From assembly GCA_963717505.1 (NCBI GenBank), contig OY970342.1, positions 3,136,001 to 3,200,000 on the forward strand: a stretch of 64,000 bases of DNA, given 5' to 3'. The translations under genes and the position numbers were made by a program. The stretch is from Candidatus Eiseniibacteriota bacterium. GTDB lineage: Bacteria > Eisenbacteria > RBG-16-71-46. The notes below the pieces were generated by a model that was not told the origin of the DNA, did not search any database, and saw only the letters and a list, made by a program, of their open reading frames with translations. This document shows, one piece after another, positions 45,731-55,688 of the stretch (within the stretch, counting starts at the first letter, position 1; each line of letters starts with the position of its first letter).

Positions 45731-46149
45731 CTCCCGGGACGCTGGAGTGGACGTATCAGCCGTGGCGCGAATCTCCGGGGCGGGCGGCGATCGCGGCCGC
45801 ATTCACCGTGGGCTCGGCGGCCTGGTTGCTCGCCGCCTCGGGCTCGGCGGTGCTTACCGTGCTGATGTCGCTCGCGGTCGGGGCGCAGCTGGGGACGCTC
45901 CTGATCCCGACCCGTTGTCGGATCGACGGCGACGGCGTGCGTGCGCGTGGACCCTTCGGCTGGGAACGGCGGGCCTGGAGCGCGATCCGACGCGCCCACA
46001 TCGGGCCGGCGGGGCTCTGGGTGTCGCCTTTCGCCGCGCCTCGCCGGATGGATCGATTCCGTTCGCTGCTGTTGCCTCTGCCACGAGCGAAACGCGACGA
46101 CTTGCGGGCGGCACTCGGTCCGATCCTCTCCGAGCACGATCTGGGATGA
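45727..46149 (+). CDS. hypothetical 2-TM protein with a small beta-rich (PH-like) C-terminal domain
   Basis: ATGA overlap with gcvPB; two hydrophobic helices, then [11 protein letters not shown]...RAWSAIRR...LWVSPF. Confidence 0.7.
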   Translation: MTPGTLEWTYQPWRESPGRAAIAAAFTVGSAAWLLAASGSAVLTVLMSLAVGAQLGTLLIPTRCRIDGDGVRARGPFGWERRAWSAIRRAHIGPAGLWVSPFAAPRRMDRFRSLLLPLPRAKRDDLRAALGPILSEHDLG

Positions 46150-46493
46150 CCAAGCCCGACGAGGTGCTCGACGAACAGGATCGGGCCCTGCTCGATCGCG
46201 TAGCGGCCCGCATCGTCGAGCTGCGGCTCGAGGTCCCGGCGATCCTGACGCTCGAAGGCAGCCGGCCGCTGACCGTGGTGGCCGGGCAGGCGATGATCTT
46301 CCTCGAACCGATCGTCCTGGCGTTGTTCCACTTCCCCGACTATCGCCGCTTCGCGCAGGCGATCGAGCGACGCGCGGCGCTCGACTACCTGATTCGCGGA
46401 ATCGAGACGCGCGCCGACGACGCGTTGGTGGCGCGCCGGGGTTCGCGAACCGCCGGCGGCAGCGAAGCCGGGCACGACCCGAGCGCGCGGTGA
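46146..46493 (+). CDS. conserved hypothetical protein
   Basis: overlaps both neighbours; LLDRVAARIVELRLEVPAILTLEGSRPL, AIERRAALDYLIRGIE. Confidence 0.7.
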   Translation: MTKPDEVLDEQDRALLDRVAARIVELRLEVPAILTLEGSRPLTVVAGQAMIFLEPIVLALFHFPDYRRFAQAIERRAALDYLIRGIETRADDALVARRGSRTAGGSEAGHDPSAR

Positions 46494-48298
46494 CCCTCGA
46501 CCCGAGCCAGATTCATTCGATCCTCGCGACCGACTGCGGCTCGACCACGACCAAGGCGATCCTGGTCGAGCGCGGCCCGGAGGGTTTCCGCCTGGTGACG
46601 CGCGGCGAGGCCCCGACCACGGTCGAAGCCCCGTTCGAAGACGTCACGCGCGGCGTGCTCAACGCCGTACGCGAGGTCGAGGAGCTGGCCGGACGCCGAC
46701 TGCTCGACGGCGAGCGCATCATCACGCCGCGCCAGGGCGACGACGGCGTCGACCTCTACCTGTCGACCTCGAGCGCCGGTGGCGGACTCCAGATGATGGT
46801 CTCGGGCCTGGTGCTGCAGATGACCGGGGAGAGCGCCCAGCGCGCCGCCCTGGGAGCGGGAGCGATCGTCATGGACGTGATTGCGCTCAACGACGGCCGG
46901 CGTCCGTACGAGAAGATCCGCCGCCTTCGGCAGCTGCGTCCGGACATGATCCTGCTTTCCGGCGGCACCGATGGCGGCGACATCAAACGCGTCGCCGAAA
47001 TGGCGGAGATCCTGGTGGCAGCCGACCCCAAGGCGCGGCTCGGCGCCGGCTACGAGCTGCCGGTGATCTACGCGGGCAACCAGGAAGCCGCACCCATCGT
47101 GCGCGACTGCCTGGGCGGGCGCACGGCTCTCACCGTGGTGCCCAACCTGCGCCCGAGCCTCGAACACGAGAACCTGAAGCCGGCCCGCGACGCGATCCAC
47201 GAACTGTTCATGGAGCACGTCATGGCGCACGCGCCGGGGTACAAGAAGCTGATGACCTGGACGCCGGTGCCGATCATGCCGACCCCGGGTGCGGTCGGGC
47301 TGATCATCGAGAAGGTCGCCAAGCGCGACGGCATCGCCGTCGTCGGCGTCGACATCGGCGGCGCGACCACCGACGTGTTTTCGGTGTTCCAGGACGTGTT
47401 CAATCGGACGGTCTCGGCCAATCTCGGCATGAGCTATTCGGTGTCCAACGTGCTGGCGGAAACCGGCATCGAGAACGTGCTGCGCTGGGTGCCGTTCGCG
47501 GTCGACGAAGTCGAGCTGCGGAACCGGATCAAGAACAAGATGATCCGGCCGACGACGATTCCGCAGTCGCTCGAAGACCTGGTGATCGAACAGGCCATCG
47601 CGCGCGAGGCCCTGCGCCTGGCGTTCGAGCAGCACAAGGCGCTCGCGGTCGGGCTCAAGGGGGTCCAGACCGAACGAACGATCTCGGACATCATGCACCA
47701 GTCGGCGAGCGGCAGCTCGCTGGTCAACCTCATGGACCTCGGTCTGCTGGTCGGATCGGGCGGCGTGCTGTCGCACGCGCCGCGCCGCGCCCAGGCCGCT
47801 CTGATGATGATCGATGCGTTCCTGCCGGAGGGCCTCACCCATCTCGCGGTCGACAGCATTTTCATGGCGCCTCAGCTCGGCATCATGTCGACGGTGCACG
47901 AGGAGGCGGCGACCCAGGTGTTCGAGCGCGATTGCCTGATCCGACTGGGCGCGGTGCTGGCGCCGGTCGGCGGCGGCAAGGAGGGCCAGGCCTGCCTCCG
48001 GATCGAACTCGAAGCACCCGCTCTCGAGCGCATCGAGCGATCGATCCCGTTCGGCCAGTTGGTGATGCTGCCGCTGCCGACTCAGGGCACGGCGCGGCTG
48101 ACCGCGACCCCGGAGCGCGGTTTCGATCTCGGCGCCGGGCGCGGCAAGTCGTTGCTCGCCGAGGTGCGCGCCGGGGTGTGCGGACTGATCGTCGACACGC
48201 GGGGCCGGCAACCCTTCCACCTGCCGTCGGACGCCAGTCGCATTCCCAAGCTGCGCCTGTGGAACCAGGCGCTCGGCGCGTACCCGCGCGAGGTGTGA
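46490..48298 (+). CDS. GlmL/MutL (glutamate mutase L-like) ASKHA-fold ATPase
   Basis: phosphate motifs ATDCGSTTTK and GVDIGGATTDVFS; TSSAGGGL, A..AALGAGA, PDMILLSGGTDGG, IMPTPGAV, GSGGVLSHAP. Confidence 0.85.
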   Translation: MTLDPSQIHSILATDCGSTTTKAILVERGPEGFRLVTRGEAPTTVEAPFEDVTRGVLNAVREVEELAGRRLLDGERIITPRQGDDGVDLYLSTSSAGGGLQMMVSGLVLQMTGESAQRAALGAGAIVMDVIALNDGRRPYEKIRRLRQLRPDMILLSGGTDGGDIKRVAEMAEILVAADPKARLGAGYELPVIYAGNQEAAPIVRDCLGGRTALTVVPNLRPSLEHENLKPARDAIHELFMEHVMAHAPGYKKLMTWTPVPIMPTPGAVGLIIEKVAKRDGIAVVGVDIGGATTDVFSVFQDVFNRTVSANLGMSYSVSNVLAETGIENVLRWVPFAVDEVELRNRIKNKMIRPTTIPQSLEDLVIEQAIAREALRLAFEQHKALAVGLKGVQTERTISDIMHQSASGSSLVNLMDLGLLVGSGGVLSHAPRRAQAALMMIDAFLPEGLTHLAVDSIFMAPQLGIMSTVHEEAATQVFERDCLIRLGAVLAPVGGGKEGQACLRIELEAPALERIERSIPFGQLVMLPLPTQGTARLTATPERGFDLGAGRGKSLLAEVRAGVCGLIVDTRGRQPFHLPSDASRIPKLRLWNQALGAYPREV

Positions 48299-48302
48299 CG
48301 CC

Positions 48303-49427
48303 GTGGCCCACGCCTACACTCCCGGATTGCGCGTCACCGGACGCACGGTGGTGCGCCGCGAGCGCCGGCTCCCGCTCAAGGGGTCGGTGGTGGTGGCGCC
48401 GCGTCAGTCGGTGAACGCCGACACGGTGGTCGCGCGCACCGAGCTGCCGGGAAACATCCACACCGTGAACCTGGCCGCCAAGTTGTCGATCGATCCCGCG
48501 CAGGCGGCGAGTTCACTCACCCGGCCGATCGGTTCGGCGGTGCGCAAGGGCGAGGAGATCGCGGCGGCGCGGAGCCTGTTCGGATTGATGCGCAATGCCG
48601 CCGCCGCCCCGGTCGCGGGTACGCTCGAGAGCGTTTCGTCGGTGACCGGACAGCTCATCGTGCGTGAGCCACCGATTCCGGTCGAGGTCCAGGCCTATGT
48701 CCGCGGCATCGTGGCCGAGGTCCTGCCCGAGGAAGGGGTCGTCGTCGAGTCGAATGCCGCGCTGCTGCAGGGAATTTTCGGCGTCGGCGGCGAGACGTTC
48801 GGGCCGATTGCGATCGCGGCGACCTCGACGTCCCAGCCACTGGAGCGTGACCAGCTGCGTCCCGAGCATCGCGGGTGCGTCGTGGTCGGTGGCGCGCACG
48901 TTTCGCACTCGGTGCTCCTGCATGCCCGAGATCTGGGGGTGGCCGCGGTGGTGGTCGGCGGTTTCGACGACCGCGACCTGCGCGAACTGCTCGGCCGCGA
49001 CCTGGGGGTCGCGATCACCGGGTCCGAAGACCTCGGGATCACTCTGGTGCTCACCGAGGGCTTTGGCCACATTCCAATGGCGGATCGCACCTGGCGCCTG
49101 CTGAACGAGCATACGGGGCGGACCGCGTCGGTCAGCGGCGCGACCCAGATCCGAGCGGGCGTCCTGCGCCCGGAGATCCTGATTCCGCTCGATTCCTCGA
49201 GTGTCGTCGGCGTCGAGGCGGGACAATCGACCGGTCTCGAGATCGGATCCCTGATCCGGGCCATTCGACAGCCGTATTTCGGTCGCATCGCGAGCGTCGT
49301 CGAGCTGCCCGCCGAACTCCAGGCGCTCGACTCCGAAGCGCAGGTCCGCGTCCTGGTCGCCGAGTTCGCGGACGACCAGACTCGGGCGCTGATCCCCCGC
49401 GCCAACGTGGAGTTGATCGCGTCGTGA
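48303..49427 (+). CDS. conserved hypothetical protein with barrel-sandwich hybrid repeats, a central alpha/beta (swiveling-like) domain and a C-terminal KOW/SH3-like domain
   Basis: GSAVRKGEEIA...APVAGTLESV and VQAYVRGIVAEV; GCVVVGG...ARDLGVAAVVVGG; EIGSLIRAIRQPYFGRIASV...IPRANVELI. Confidence 0.7.
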   Translation: MAHAYTPGLRVTGRTVVRRERRLPLKGSVVVAPRQSVNADTVVARTELPGNIHTVNLAAKLSIDPAQAASSLTRPIGSAVRKGEEIAAARSLFGLMRNAAAAPVAGTLESVSSVTGQLIVREPPIPVEVQAYVRGIVAEVLPEEGVVVESNAALLQGIFGVGGETFGPIAIAATSTSQPLERDQLRPEHRGCVVVGGAHVSHSVLLHARDLGVAAVVVGGFDDRDLRELLGRDLGVAITGSEDLGITLVLTEGFGHIPMADRTWRLLNEHTGRTASVSGATQIRAGVLRPEILIPLDSSSVVGVEAGQSTGLEIGSLIRAIRQPYFGRIASVVELPAELQALDSEAQVRVLVAEFADDQTRALIPRANVELIAS

Positions 49428-49471
49428 ACCACGATCGCCTGGTCGTCATGCCGCCGGCGTTCGGTCCATTT

Positions 49472-49504
49472 CCGTTGACAGACTGCAACGGCCGCTGCTA
49501 CGGT
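49472..49504 (+). promoter_or_regulatory. internal sigma70-type promoter with an inverted repeat over the -35 box
   Basis: TTGACA-N18-TACGGT; CCGTTG-ACAGACTG-CAACGG at 49472-49491. Confidence 0.6.
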
Positions 49505-49575
49505 GCCGCGCGATCGTGCCGGGGATACCAGGCACGATTTTGCTTTTCGCCGCAGCCCGACGTCGAGGAATGACG

Positions 49576-50783
49576 ATGCGAGTCGCATCCCAGCGGTCGA
49601 GGAAGCCAGGGGAGCAGGGTCGCGGGGCGTGCGTGTTGCTGGGCATCCTCCTGTTCGCGGCGAGCGCCTGGGCGCAGGAGTCCCCGGGTCCGGCGAGTTC
49701 CACGCCGCCGGCTCCGCCCAGCAACCTGACGGTGGTCGATCCGCCGAACGACGCCGGCCGCTCCCTGGTTCTGAACTGGACACCCTCCGCCGACGACGGC
49801 ACCCCCGGCGTCAAGGGGTATCAATTGCATCGCGCGAAGGATCCGGGCGGACCCTGGGATCTGGTCGATTCCGTCAATGCCGGGGTCGCCACCTACACCG
49901 ATCAAAGCGTGAAACGGGATATCGACTACTTCTACCGGGTGACGGCCACCGGCCCCTTCGGCCTGGTGCCTGCGCGCAGCGTCACCGGCCCGGTCCGCGC
50001 CGAAGCCGCAGTGGTACAACGATGGCCGGACCAGCGTACTGATCGGCCTGATCCTGTTCTTCGCGTTCGTCCTCTACTTCATCGCCAGCGCCCAGGCTGG
50101 GACGAAACCGTTCGTGCGCCGGATCGCGGGCATCGACGCGATCGAGGAGGCGATCGGGCGCGCCACCGAGATGGGCCGCTCGGTGCTCTACATCCCGGGC
50201 ATTCTCGACATCGACGACATCCAGACGGTCGCGGGACTGGTGATCCTCGAGAACGTCGCCAAGATCACGGCCCGCTACGAGACGCCGATCACCGTGCCGG
50301 TCACCTATCCGATCCCGTTCACGATCGCCGAGGAGATGGTCAAAGCCGGGTACCTGCAGGCCGGAAAGCCCGACCAGTACGACCCGAACAGCGTGCGCTT
50401 CATCTCGCCCGAGCAGTTCGCTTACGTCGCCGCGGTGACCGGCATCATGATGCGCGACAAGCCGGCCGCCCACATCTTCATGGGCGCGTTCTACGCCGAG
50501 TCGCTGTTGCTCGCCGAGACCGGCTTCGCGAACGGCGCCATCCAGGTGGCCGGGCACGGCCAACGTCCACCAGCTTCCGTTCTTCGTCGTCGCCTGCGAC
50601 TACACGCTGATCGGCGAGGAGCTGTACGCGGCCAGCGCCTACCTGTCCGGCGACCCCAAGCTGGTCGGCGGGCTCAAGGGCGCCGACCTGATGAAGATCG
50701 TGATCATCCTGGCGGTGTTCGTCGGCTGCGTCCTCGAGACCATGCACATCACGGCGTTCACCAAGTTGATGGAGACCCGGTGA
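49576..50783 (+). CDS. signal peptide + fibronectin type III + DUF6754-like membrane protein (indels near 50010 and 50552)
   Basis: PAPPSNLTV.D.PND.G.SL.LNWTPS...YFYRVTA (FN3); RRIAGIDAIEEAIGRATEMGR, QFAY, FYAESLLLAE, QVAGT...LPFFVVACDYTLIGEELYAASAYL. Confidence 0.75.
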
Positions 50784-50790
50784 GGGCGGC

Positions 50791-51457
50791 ATGAAGCGCG
50801 AGATTCCGCTCCTGCTGACCGCGGTGCATCGGGCTGTTCATGATCCTGTCGTTCTTCGTGCCCCACCACGTCGGTCAGCGTTCCGGCGGACTTCCTGCAG
50901 GCGACGGCGATCATCGTGGTGGCGTTCGGCTACGTCCTGGGCGGCGCGAATGCGCTGCGCGTCAACCTCGACGCGATCGACAAGCGCCAGCCGGGCTGGC
51001 TCTACAAGGTCGTGCTGGTGGTGGCGCTGCTCGCCACGGTGGTCATCGGCTTCATCGACGGCGTCTCGCGCCAGGGCGGCTTCCTCAACGAGGGCATCGC
51101 AGTCGAAGTGGATCTACGACCGTCTCTACTCGCCGATGGCAGTCGACGATGTTCTCGCTGCTCGCGTTCTTCATCGCCTCGGCGGCGTTCCGCGCGTTCC
51201 GCATCCGCACGGTCGAGGCCGGCCTGCTCGCGGTCGCCGCGCTGATCGTCATGCTCGGCCGCGTGCCGGTCGGCGACGTGATGAGCGGGGCCCTGCCCGA
51301 GTGGCTGCGTCTGGGCGCGATGCAGGACTGGATCATGAACGTGCCGCAGAACGCGGCGAAGCGCGCGATCCTGATCGGCGCCGCGCTGGGCGTGATGGCG
51401 ACCGGCCTGCGCGTGATCCTCGGCATCGAGCGCTCGTACCTGAGCGGGGAGGACTGA
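50791..51457 (+). CDS. hypothetical polytopic membrane protein (several indels)
   Basis: MKREIPLL..., STMFSLLAFFIASAAFRAFRIRTVEAGLL, MLGRVP, WIMNVPQNAAKRAILIG...LRVILGIER. Confidence 0.7.
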
Positions 51458-51458
51458 C

Positions 51459-52289
51459 GTGAACCTGCCGCTCGAGAACCTCGACCGCCGCTGGATCTTC
51501 CTGATCATGGGGGTGCTGGTGCTGCTGGCCCGCTGCTCTTCCCGCTGTCGCTGCCGCTCATCGTCTCGCCGCCGGTCCACGGCTTCCGGCGACGCGATCG
51601 ATCGCAGTCCCGAACGGCTCGACCGTGCTGCATGTCGTGCGACTACGACCCGGGCGCGATTCCCGAGATGGTGCCGATGACCCGGACCGCGCTCCGGCAC
51701 CTGCTGTCGAAGGACTGCAAGGTGGTGATGACCGTGCTGTGGAACGGCGGGCCGGGCCTGGTCGACAGCGTCACCCGCGAGGTGGCGCGCGAGTTCCCGG
51801 GCAAGACCTACGGCGTGGACTGGGTCAACCTCGGCTACAAGGCCGGCAACGAGGCGGTGATGGTGGTGATGGGCCAGGGCATCGCCAACGCGTTCCCGCG
51901 CGACTACCGCGGCAACGAGACCCGCACGCTGCCGATCATGGCGCAACGTGCGCGACTACTCGAGCTTCCCGCTGCTCGTGAACATCTCGTCCGGCTATCC
52001 CGGCACCAAGGAGTGGGTGCAGCAGGTGCAGGCGCGCTTCCACCTGCCGATGGTCGCGGGCTGTCACCGCGGTCAGCGCGCCCGAGTACTACCCCTATCT
52101 GCAGTCGGGCCAGCTGCTCGGCCTGCTGGGCGGCATGGCCGGCGCCGCCGAGTACGAGAAGGCGCGCGGCGAGAAGGGCACGGCGACCGAGGGCATGGAC
52201 GCCCAGTCGCTGGCGCACATCTTCGTGGCCATCTGCATCGTGCTCGGCAACGTGGTTCGCCGCGGCCAGAAGCGAGAGGCGTCGCATGA
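51459..52289 (+). CDS. hypothetical membrane-anchored alpha/beta protein (several indels)
   Basis: DRRWIFL, DYDPG..PEM.PM...LRHL, YGVDWVNLGY..G, EWVQQV, TAVSAPEYYPYLQSGQLLGLLGGMAGAAEYE, MDAQSLAH. Confidence 0.7.
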
Positions 52290-52986
52290 ACGTGCATCCG
52301 GCGACATCGGCGTCTGGATCGCCGCGCTGCTGACGCTGTGCATCTTCAGCTTCCTGTACAAGGACAATCCGTTCTACAAGTTCGCCGAGCATCTGTTCGT
52401 CGGCGTCTCGGCCGGCTACTTCATCATCCTCAACTTCTGGACGGTGATCGTCCCCAACCTGGTGCGAGCCGCTGTGCCGCCATCGTTCGGACGCGGCGCG
52501 GGCGGTGCACCGCCGGCCGACCGCCCGGCATGTTCGCCGCCGGAGCTCGGCGACTATCGCGGCTGCCTGCTGATCCCGGCGTTGCTCGGCGTGCTGCTGT
52601 TCACGCGTCTGTTCGGCAAGCATCGGCTGGCTGTCGCGCTGGTCGCTGGCGGTGATCATCGGCGTCTACGCCGGGATCAAGACCACCGGATTCGCGCAGG
52701 GCGACTTCGTCGCGCAGGTGCAGGCGAGCCTGCAGCCGCTGTGGATCCGGCGACCCGTGGCGATACGTTCAACGCGATCGTGTTCACGGTCGGACTGATC
52801 ACGTCGCTGCTGTTCTTCTTCTTCAGCCGCGAGCACAAGGGCGCACTCGGCGTCGCCTCGCGGGTCGGCATCGTCTTCCTGATGATCGGGTTCGGCGCCG
52901 GCTACGGCTACACGGTGATGTCGCGCATCTCGCTGCTCATCGGGCGGTTCCAGTTCCTGCTCGAGACCTGGCTGGGCCTGGGCTGA
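52286..52986 (+). CDS. hypothetical polytopic membrane protein (indels)
   Basis: IAALLTLCIFSFLYKDNPFYKFAEHLFVGVSAGY, LLFFFFSREH, FLMIGFGAGYGYTVMSRISLLIGR. Confidence 0.72.
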
Positions 52987-53029
52987 CGGTCGCCCCGCCC
53001 GCACCCACGCGGGCACGCGTCGCGCCGGC

Positions 53030-53771
53030 CTCACTTCTCTGGTGCGACGCGACGCGCCGGCCGCGTCCACATGCGAGCGCGACGCGCGGCTGCTCGAAGC
53101 CGCCGAGGCCGACTCGGGTTGCGGCGCCGGTCCTGCGGCTCTTTCGCTTCCGCCCGCGCGGGCATCACCCTTGGGCGTGCGCAGGATCCTGATGCGCACG
53201 CTCGACCTTGGCCGCTGCGCCGCCGACGGGATCGCGTGGGCGGTGCGGCCCACCGGCGGACGCGCCATCTTCCACGACGAGGAGTGGACCTACTCGTTCA
53301 CCGCGCGTCGCGACGACCCGGAGTGGGGCGGCATCGCTCGACGAACGGCTACGCAGCGAATCGCGAGCTGGATCGTCGGCTCACTCGTGCGACTCGGCGT
53401 CCCCGCCGAGATCGCCGCGAGCGCGGCGCGAGCGTACGCGGTCGCACGCGGCGCGACCGTGTTTCGCCTCCACCACTCGACACGAGATCGTGCTCGACGG
53501 GCGCAAGCTGGTCGGCAGCGCGCAACGGCGTGCGGCGTCGGCCTGCTTCAGCAGGGAAGCCTGCTGCTCGGGCCGGGCCACGCCCGGCTCGCCGACTACC
53601 TGCCGCTCGACCTCGAGGCGCGTGTCGCGAACGCGTCGTCGGCTCGAGCTGCAGGCCACCGATGCCGCGCGGTATCTCGGCGTCGATCCGCCGCTCGAAC
53701 GGTGGGCGGCCGCGCTCGCCGCGTCGCTTCCCGGCGTTCGTCGATTCAAGACGCTGCCCGCGGCCCGATGA
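53030..53771 (+). CDS. LplA/LipM-family lipoate-protein ligase or octanoyltransferase (heavily indel-affected, start uncertain)
   Basis: ITLGRAQ, RPTGGRAIFH.EEWTYS, PCF....HEIV.DGRKLVGSAQRR, LLQQGSLL across frames. Confidence 0.8.
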
Positions 53772-53801
53772 TTGACCGGCCCGGAAAGCCGCTCCTATAC
53801 T
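53772..53801 (+). promoter_or_regulatory. sigma70-type promoter for the peptide ABC operon
   Basis: TTGACC-N18-TATACT. Confidence 0.65.
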
Positions 53802-53849
53802 GCGCGTTCGCGCCCTTGCGCCGACCCACGCTCGCTGCGGAGGAATCAC

Positions 53850-55688
53850 GTGAGTTCGACCCGGATCCGGTGGCTACGGGCGGGGGCCGCCCTGCTCGCG
53901 TGCTGTGTTTTGACGCTCCCGCTCGCGAGTTGCGGGGGCACCGCTTCCCAGGCGCGCGTCCGCTATCAGGATCCGCATCCACTCCCCGCCGACACACTGC
54001 TTCTACCCATGGCGGACGTCGGGCAATACGGCGGGCGCTTCGTCATCGGACAGACCAATCCGCCCAAGACGTTCAACGGGATCATGGCCAACGAGACGTC
54101 GTCGACCGACATCATCGACCGAATGTTCACCACGCTGGTCGGTTTCGACTACCCGAGCGAGACGTTGTATCCGCTGCTGGCGAAGTCCTGGGAACTCAGG
54201 GCGGACGGCCTGACCTGGACGTTTCACCTGCGCGACGGCGCCGCGCTTCTCCGACGGAGCACCCGATCACCTCGGCCGACGTCCTGTTCTCGTTCGAGGT
54301 GTCGTACGACGAAACGCTGCACCCCTCGATCCAGGACCTGATCAAGTCCGACGGGCAAGCGGTTCCAGGTCGAGGCCCCGGATTCCCGCACCGTGGTGAT
54401 CCGCACGCCGATCCCCAACTCGGTCCTGCCGGAGATCATGACTTCACTGCGGATCATGCCCAAGCACCAGCTCGAGGCCGCCTTCCGCTCCGGCGACTTC
54501 GCGTCGGCCTACAGCGTCAGCACCGCGCCCGAGAGCATCGTCACCAGCCACGCCTGGCGGCTCAAGCAGTACGTGCCCGGGCAGAAGACCGTGCTCGAGC
54601 GCAATCCGTACTGGTTCGGTGTCGACGCGAAGGGGCAGCGCCTGCCCTATCTGGACGAGCTGGTCTACCTGATCGTCCCCGACCAGAACACCGCGGCGCT
54701 CAAATTCCAGTCGGGCGAGCTGGATGCCCTCGACAACGTCAAGCCCGAGGACTACACGACCTTCGACGACGGTGCGGCGGCGGGCGACTACACCGTGCAC
54801 GATCTGGGTCCGGCCCTCACCACGAACTTCCTCTGGTTCAACCTCAATCGGGTGCGCGAGCCGGCCGCCGGCAAGCGGGTCGGCACTCCGCAGGTCGGCG
54901 CGGTCAAGTACGCCTGGTTCAGCGACGCGCGCTTCCGCCGCGCCGTGTCGAAGGCCATCGACCGCGAAGCCATCATCCGCGGGCCGTTCTTCGGCCACGC
55001 CGTCAAGAACTGGAGCCAGGCGACGCCGGGGAACCGCACCTGGTACACGCCCGACATCGTGCATTGGGACCACGATCCCGAGGGCGCCCGGCAGCTGCTC
55101 GCCGAGATCGGTTACCGCGACCGGAACGGCGACGGCGTCGTCGAGGACGGCGACGGCAACGCGGTGAGCTTCACGCTCAAATCGAACGGCGACAACGCCA
55201 TCCGCGTCGGGATCATGAACCTGGTGCGCGACGACCTGGCTGAAGTCGGAATCCGTTGCGTGCCGACGCCGCAGGACTTCAACACCCTGATCACCAATTT
55301 CCGCCAGGACTTCCAATACGAGGCCGGACTGCTGGGGCTCCAGAGCGGCACGCCGCCGGATCCCGGCCAGGCCCAGAACGTCTGGATGTCGAGCGGCCTG
55401 ACGCACTACTGGAACATCCGTCAGCCGCGCCCGGAGACCGAGTCCGAGGCGAAGGTGGATGCGCTCATGGACTCGCTGACCTCGAATCCGAACCTGGCGC
55501 GGCGCAAGGAGCTGTGGCGCGACATCCAGAACCTGGTCAACCAGGAGTCTTTCATCGTCTGGCTCCCGGTGCTCAAGGTGCGGATTCCGATCCGCAACCG
55601 GTTTGGAAACGTCGAGCCGAGCGTGATGGCGCACCGGATTCTGTGGAACATCGAGCGCGTCTACCTCAAGACGCGCATGCCGGCGTGA
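53850..55688 (+). CDS. family 5 (Opp/Dpp) ABC substrate-binding lipoprotein (indels near 54245-54355)
   Basis: lipobox LASC, PKTFNGI, PLLAKSWE..DGLTWTFHLR, ERNPYWF, LPYLD, DRNGDG. Confidence 0.9.

Noticed and set aside
46490-48298. DNA mismatch repair MutL or a glutamate fermentation pathway
   Set aside because: The motifs are ASKHA-type rather than GHKL-type, and no mutase or methylaspartase genes are in the window.
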